Below are positions 60,433 through 64,000 of a stretch of 64,000 nucleotides of DNA, one piece after another. How positions within the stretch are numbered: position 1 is the stretch's first letter; every line of letters begins with the position of its first letter. This stretch comes from Akkermansia muciniphila (GTDB lineage Bacteria; Verrucomicrobiota; Verrucomicrobiia; Limisphaerales; UBA11320). The position numbers were made by a program, and so were the translations under genes. The notes under the pieces were generated by a model. That model did not search any database. It saw nothing but the letters and a program-made list of their open reading frames with translations, and was not told the origin of the DNA. The stretch spans positions 3,458-67,457 of the forward strand of contig CAMAVD010000001.1 of the NCBI GenBank assembly GCA_945861575.1. Direction: 5' to 3'.

Positions 60433-60705
60433 TCATGGAAGCTCCTCAATGGGGCTTATCCTGGAAGGAGGCTTCAGCGGTGGTGCCTCCATGGATTTGG
60501 AGCCCCAGCTTGCCCCACTGGGGGATGGCGGGGTCCGATTCAGTGTAGTCGGTGGCTGCCACCCCATTGATGTAGGTCCGGATGCGCCTTCCCAGTTTTT
60601 GAAGGAATGCCCATCAAAAAGTCGCTGCGACGCAGCCCCCAAGCTGTTTTCGAGCAGAAGTGCCAGCAGTAGGCACATGAACAGTCTGATTCGGTGGGAG
60701 CTCAT
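60433..60705 (-). pseudogene. decayed DUF1080-type (3-keto-disaccharide-hydrolase-like) gene: internal deletion plus frameshifts
   Basis: Frame A encodes a signal peptide and the family N-terminus LFDGHSFKNWEG, then runs into unrelated Pro/Ser-rich sequence. A second frame over about 60440-60590 encodes the family C-terminus RIRTYINGVAATDYTESDPAIPQWGKLGLQIHGGTTAEASFQDK. The final IEEL is back in frame A. The total is only ~90 codons, against the 200 or more expected. Confidence 0.6.
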
Positions 60706-61268
60706 CGCCTGACACTACGGGAGTAATTGCCGGTAAGTCCAGCCACGGCTCTGCCGTTCTCATTATGGCTGGGAACGCCTGTCCCCCATACGGCTCATCG
60801 CTTGCCGAGGCCTGGGATCCCTCCAGGATCCTTCCACCAAAACAGAGAACCGGTGGTGTCGTCCCGGAGGTCCTCAACCGACCGGCTATGGGCTGTGATC
60901 CCTTCGGGATCCGGAGCGGAGAGCGGGGCTACTTGTGTGAACGATCTGTTGGGCTGCCGACCCCGGAGGGGGCGAACTCGGTAGCCCTGGGTTGACCGAA
61001 GGGACCTGTCCGCCATCCTGTCCGCCATAGCTTTAGCGACGGTGGAAGCTTTATGCGAAGGAGGACACCCGGGGTTGCCGCGCAGCCAACAGCACGACCC
61101 TGGCGGGGTCGCACGGGAGCGGAGCGGATCAGAGGGTAACCACTCCCAGAAAGAGGCACGCCGATTTTCATAGTCCTGGCCTCGGTCGACCACCTGCGAG
61201 ACTTCGCCGTTCGCCAGGCTTCCGGGTTTTGTGGCCGTTTCTGCGCCAAGCAGGCTCAGGTTGTGGCC

Positions 61269-62240
61269 CTACATGACCTTCAGCTTGGGTAAATCCTGGG
61301 AGTCTACCAGGCCGACGGGACGACGGGCGGCGTCTACCACCACCAGATCGTCAATATTGCGCTCGTTGAAAATCTTGAGCGCCTCCACCGCGAGTGCCTC
61401 GGTCCCGATGCAGATTGGATTCCGGGTCATCACACGACTCAAGGGCTTCTTAAGGACGCTTTCGTCTTCTGCCATGTGGCGCCGGAAGTCCCCATCCGTA
61501 AACACACCTGCCAGTTTGCCTTGGGTGTTGACCACAATCACACAGCCGCAGCGGGCGCGGGTCATGATCATGAGCGCGTCGCGGACGGTGGTGTCGGCCT
61601 TGGCGACGGGGTTGCGAGCGTCGGTGCGCATGATATCGCGCACCCTCAGGAGTAGCGCTCGACCAATGGCGCCGGAGGGGTGGTGCTTGGCGAAGTGCTG
61701 GGGCCGGAATCCCCTGGCTTGAAGCACGGCCATCGCTAGGGCGTCCCCCACGGCCAGCATCGCTGTGGTGCTCGCGGTGGGAGCGAGGTTGAAGGGGCAG
61801 GCCTCTCGCGGAACATGCACATTGATTACGAGGTCGCTGTGGGAGCCTAGAATCGAACGAGGCGATCCGGTCAGGGTGAGGATCTTCACCGAGAAGCGCT
61901 TGATGGCGGGCAGGAGGGTAATGAGTTCGTCCGACGTTCCAGAATAGCTGAGCAACACCACCAGATCGCCATCCTGGATGACGCCGAGATCGCCGTGGAG
62001 GGCGTCTACGGCGTTCAGGGTGACGCTCGTTGAGCCAGTGCTGGTGAGGGTGGCGGCGATCTTTTGCCCGATATTCCCTGACTTGCCAATGCCTACAACC
62101 ACCAATTTGCCGCGGTTGGCCAGGGTCTTGACTATCAATTCCACCGCTTCGCCGAAGCGGGCGTCGAGCTGGCGTCGCACCGACTTCAGGGCTTCGATTT
62201 CGATGTCCAACACCTCGCGAGCGCGAGCCAGATGATTCAT
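61269..62240 (-). CDS. kdsD: arabinose-5-phosphate isomerase (KpsF/GutQ family: SIS domain plus two CBS domains)
   Basis: Start set at ATG 62240 (MNHLARAREVLDIE). SIS motif VVVGIGKSGNIGQKIAATLTSTGS, followed by tandem CBS domains. The 8 extra codons of the track ORF lie inside the repeat element at 62250-62354. Confidence 0.9.
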   Translation of the reverse strand: MNHLARAREVLDIEIEALKSVRRQLDARFGEAVELIVKTLANRGKLVVVGIGKSGNIGQKIAATLTSTGSTSVTLNAVDALHGDLGVIQDGDLVVLLSYSGTSDELITLLPAIKRFSVKILTLTGSPRSILGSHSDLVINVHVPREACPFNLAPTASTTAMLAVGDALAMAVLQARGFRPQHFAKHHPSGAIGRALLLRVRDIMRTDARNPVAKADTTVRDALMIMTRARCGCVIVVNTQGKLAGVFTDGDFRRHMAEDESVLKKPLSRVMTRNPICIGTEALAVEALKIFNERNIDDLVVVDAARRPVGLVDSQDLPKLKVM

Positions 62241-62249
62241 GTGGGTGAA

Positions 62250-62354
62250 CCCTAGCCCGCACATTTCATAGCCCGCAATAGGATTGAAGTTCGGTCGAAG
62301 CTATTCCTGTCACCGCAGGTCATACGGGCGCGCTGCGGGCTAGAAGCAACTCCG
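62250..62354. repeat. copy 1 of a ~105-bp element (inverted relative to copy 2), with internal TAGCCCGCA / TGCGGGCTA cores
   Basis: By hand alignment it matches the reverse complement of 63535-63639 at 95/105 positions without gaps. It contains two direct cores and one inverted 9-nt core. Confidence 0.85.
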
Positions 62355-62552
62355 GCGGACCGGAGTGGGTAGGGACACAACACTCTGTGTTCCCGCGTGT
62401 AGCGCTCTTCAGCCCAGATTTTGCTTCACAATGCCTCGGGGCAACGAGGGGGGGAGGTGGCTGAATGTGACGGCATGGGGCCCACCCCAGCTTGCGGTCT
62501 CCCAAAATCTAGTATGGTCAAGGCGGCTCCTTGCCCGTTAGCCTTGCGGGAA

Positions 62553-63512
62553 ATGCGTCATGCTCCGAAACCTCAGGTGATCTTCACCCACGAAAGCGAC
62601 CTTGACGGCCTGGTGGCCGGTGTCCTTCTGCAACGGTTGGCCACGAAGTTGTACGGCACCCCTGTGCCCCTGGAGGCCTATCACTATCATGCCTGGAAGC
62701 AGCGCGACTGCCGCGAGCATACCGCGTGGGTCACCGATCTCACCTTTGAGAGCCGATTGGATCGCACGGGCTGGGTGGTGGTGGACCACCATCTCACGGA
62801 CTGCACGGCCAAGAGCGCTCAGCTGATCCTGGACCACAACAAGTCCGCCGGCCTCCTGGCCTACGATCTTTGTCGGGAGAACGGCATCGAATCACCGGAG
62901 CTCGACCGGTTGGTGCATCTGAACAATGTAGCCGACCTCTTTCTGGACGAGGACCCTGACTTCGCTCTGGCCAGCGACTACGCCAGCCTCGTGAAGGTCT
63001 ACCAGTTCTGGAATCTTCATCGGCTTCTTGACGGGCAGATCGAGCGTCTGATCGATCATCCGTTGTTGGAGGTGATGGCCACGAAGAGGCGGGTGGAAGA
63101 TCCCATTGGGTACGAATGGTGCAAGCGGAACGTCGTGCCGATCACCGCTGAGGTGGGTTTGGTGGACACGGTCATCGGAAACACCAATCTTCTGGTGAAC
63201 CGTTTGCTGGAAGAGAAAGCGACGCCCTTCTCTGTGCTGATGACCATCTTTCGTCGTGGGAGCACCGTGATGGTGGCCAGTTTACGGAGCCGGAATGGCG
63301 AGGCGATCAAGGTGGCCGAGAAGCTGCGGGGCGGTGGCCATCCCAATGCAGCCGGTGCTGTTCTGCCCCGGTCCACCCGCAGTATCCCTCACGCCATCGA
63401 GTATCTCAAGCAGGTGCTCGATCCACAAGGGTCCAAGGCCACCTCCTTTGGTGATATCGGAAGTCTTTTCGATGCGATCGATGCGGAGCTGAGCAGCAAA
63501 GAGAGACGGTAG
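62553..63512 (+). CDS. DHH/DHHA1-family phosphoesterase (NrnA-like)
   Basis: Motifs HESDLDGLVAG (DxD), VTDLTF, VVVDHHL (DHH) and GGGHPNAAGA (DHHA1). Start set at ATG 62553 (MRHAPKPQVIFTHESD). The ORF is open to 62421 and ATG 62514 is an alternative start. Confidence 0.85.
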   Translation: MRHAPKPQVIFTHESDLDGLVAGVLLQRLATKLYGTPVPLEAYHYHAWKQRDCREHTAWVTDLTFESRLDRTGWVVVDHHLTDCTAKSAQLILDHNKSAGLLAYDLCRENGIESPELDRLVHLNNVADLFLDEDPDFALASDYASLVKVYQFWNLHRLLDGQIERLIDHPLLEVMATKRRVEDPIGYEWCKRNVVPITAEVGLVDTVIGNTNLLVNRLLEEKATPFSVLMTIFRRGSTVMVASLRSRNGEAIKVAEKLRGGGHPNAAGAVLPRSTRSIPHAIEYLKQVLDPQGSKATSFGDIGSLFDAIDAELSSKERR

Positions 63513-63534
63513 GTTCCCTATTTTGCACGTCAGA

Positions 63535-63639
63535 CGGAGTTGCTTCTAGCCCGCAGCGCGCGGGTAGGACCTGCGGTGACAGGAATGGCTGCGGACGAAC
63601 TTCTATCCTGTTGCGGGCTATGAACTGTGCGGGCTAGGG
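63535..63639. repeat. copy 2 of the ~105-bp element, inverted orientation
   Basis: It is the reverse complement of 62250-62354 at 95/105 positions. It begins 22 nt after the DHH gene stop. Confidence 0.85.
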
Positions 63640-63683
63640 CCAGGAGCGTTTGGCTGCGTGAGCAGCTTTGGGATGCGCTTCCT

Positions 63684-63795
63684 GGCCGTTGGACGTCGGA
63701 CGCTGAACGCTGAACGCTGAACGCTGGACGTTGGACGTTGGACGTTGGACGTTGGACGTTGGACGTTGGACGTTGGACGTTGGACGTTGACCGCT
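63684..63795. repeat. heptanucleotide tandem array, 16 units
   Basis: The units in order are GGCCGTT, GGACGTC, GGACGCT, GAACGCT x3, GGACGTT x9 (perfect, 63726-63788) and GACCGCT. The array is intergenic, between convergent genes. Confidence 0.92.
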
Positions 63796-63830
63796 CAGTC
63801 TAATTCCATTCTAGGTCAGGAGTTCTGAGG

Positions 63831-64000
63831 TTAGTCAGCTAGGACCGCATCCCAGCGATAGGACATGATCCACTCAGCCAGGGCCTTGCGCTCCTCGGGA
63901 GTGACGGCTGCCTGCGGCGGCATCGGGACGGGACCCCATTTGCCAACGCCACCCTTTTCCATCTGATTCATCAGGACGTTCAGGGCTTCCGGATCGTTCT
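63831..64000 (-). CDS. C-terminal fragment of a class I c-type cytochrome (5' part beyond the window)
   Basis: My own translation of the minus strand gives ...NDPEALNVLMNQMEKGGVGKWGPVPMPPQAAVTPEERKALAEWIMSYRWDAVLAD-stop (TAA at 63831-63833). GxWGPxPMPP followed by an amphipathic C-terminal helix is typical of c551/c552-like cytochromes. The CxxCH motif would lie outside the window. Confidence 0.55.
   Translation of the reverse strand, partial: NDPEALNVLMNQMEKGGVGKWGPVPMPPQAAVTPEERKALAEWIMSYRWDAVLAD

Noticed and set aside
63684-63795. Whether the repeat array could be a CRISPR locus
   Set aside because: The units are 7 nt long, contiguous and without spacers, so this is a microsatellite-type tandem repeat and not a CRISPR array.

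Overview
High-GC (roughly 58-60 percent by eye), gene-dense chromosomal segment with about 45 genes. I found no rRNA, tRNA, CRISPR array or intact mobile element. The gene content points to the PVC superphylum, most likely Verrucomicrobiota-like (inference). The evidence is giant secreted propeller-HEAT-CxxCH proteins, PQQ-like propellers starting W(P/T)QF.GP, and a DUF1080-type remnant.

Housekeeping genes I recognise with confidence are ftsK (5' end cut by the window), pepA, metH, ychF, katG, hemA, hemC, nrdJ (class II RNR), typA, a Sua5-type tsaC, argA, metF and kdsD/kpsF. There is also a MacAB-like efflux operon (adaptor, ATPase, two permeases).

A long co-directional minus-strand array runs from metH (14917) down to 6300. 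It contains an ECF sigma module flanked by two LTXXQ-like periplasmic proteins and a standalone 84-aa histidine-kinase H-box protein.

The least ordinary parts are:
1. A 14.8-kb block (40773-55533) of secreted PVC-type proteins of unknown function. Two are giant propeller-HEAT-cytochrome c paralogues, and one of these carries an apparently degenerate SGNH domain.
2. A pair of about 105-bp inverted repeats (95/105 identical) bracketing a DHH phosphoesterase gene, next to a 16-unit heptanucleotide tandem array.
3. A decayed DUF1080-type pseudogene followed by about 560 bp of unassignable sequence.
4. A 343-aa protein made of two copies of an unnamed Cys-containing module.

Many long ORFs in the track are antisense shadows of real genes, as expected at this GC content, and were rejected. 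Several gene starts were moved inward from the longest-ORF coordinates on the basis of conserved N-termini. All family assignments come from motif recognition by eye; no searches were run.
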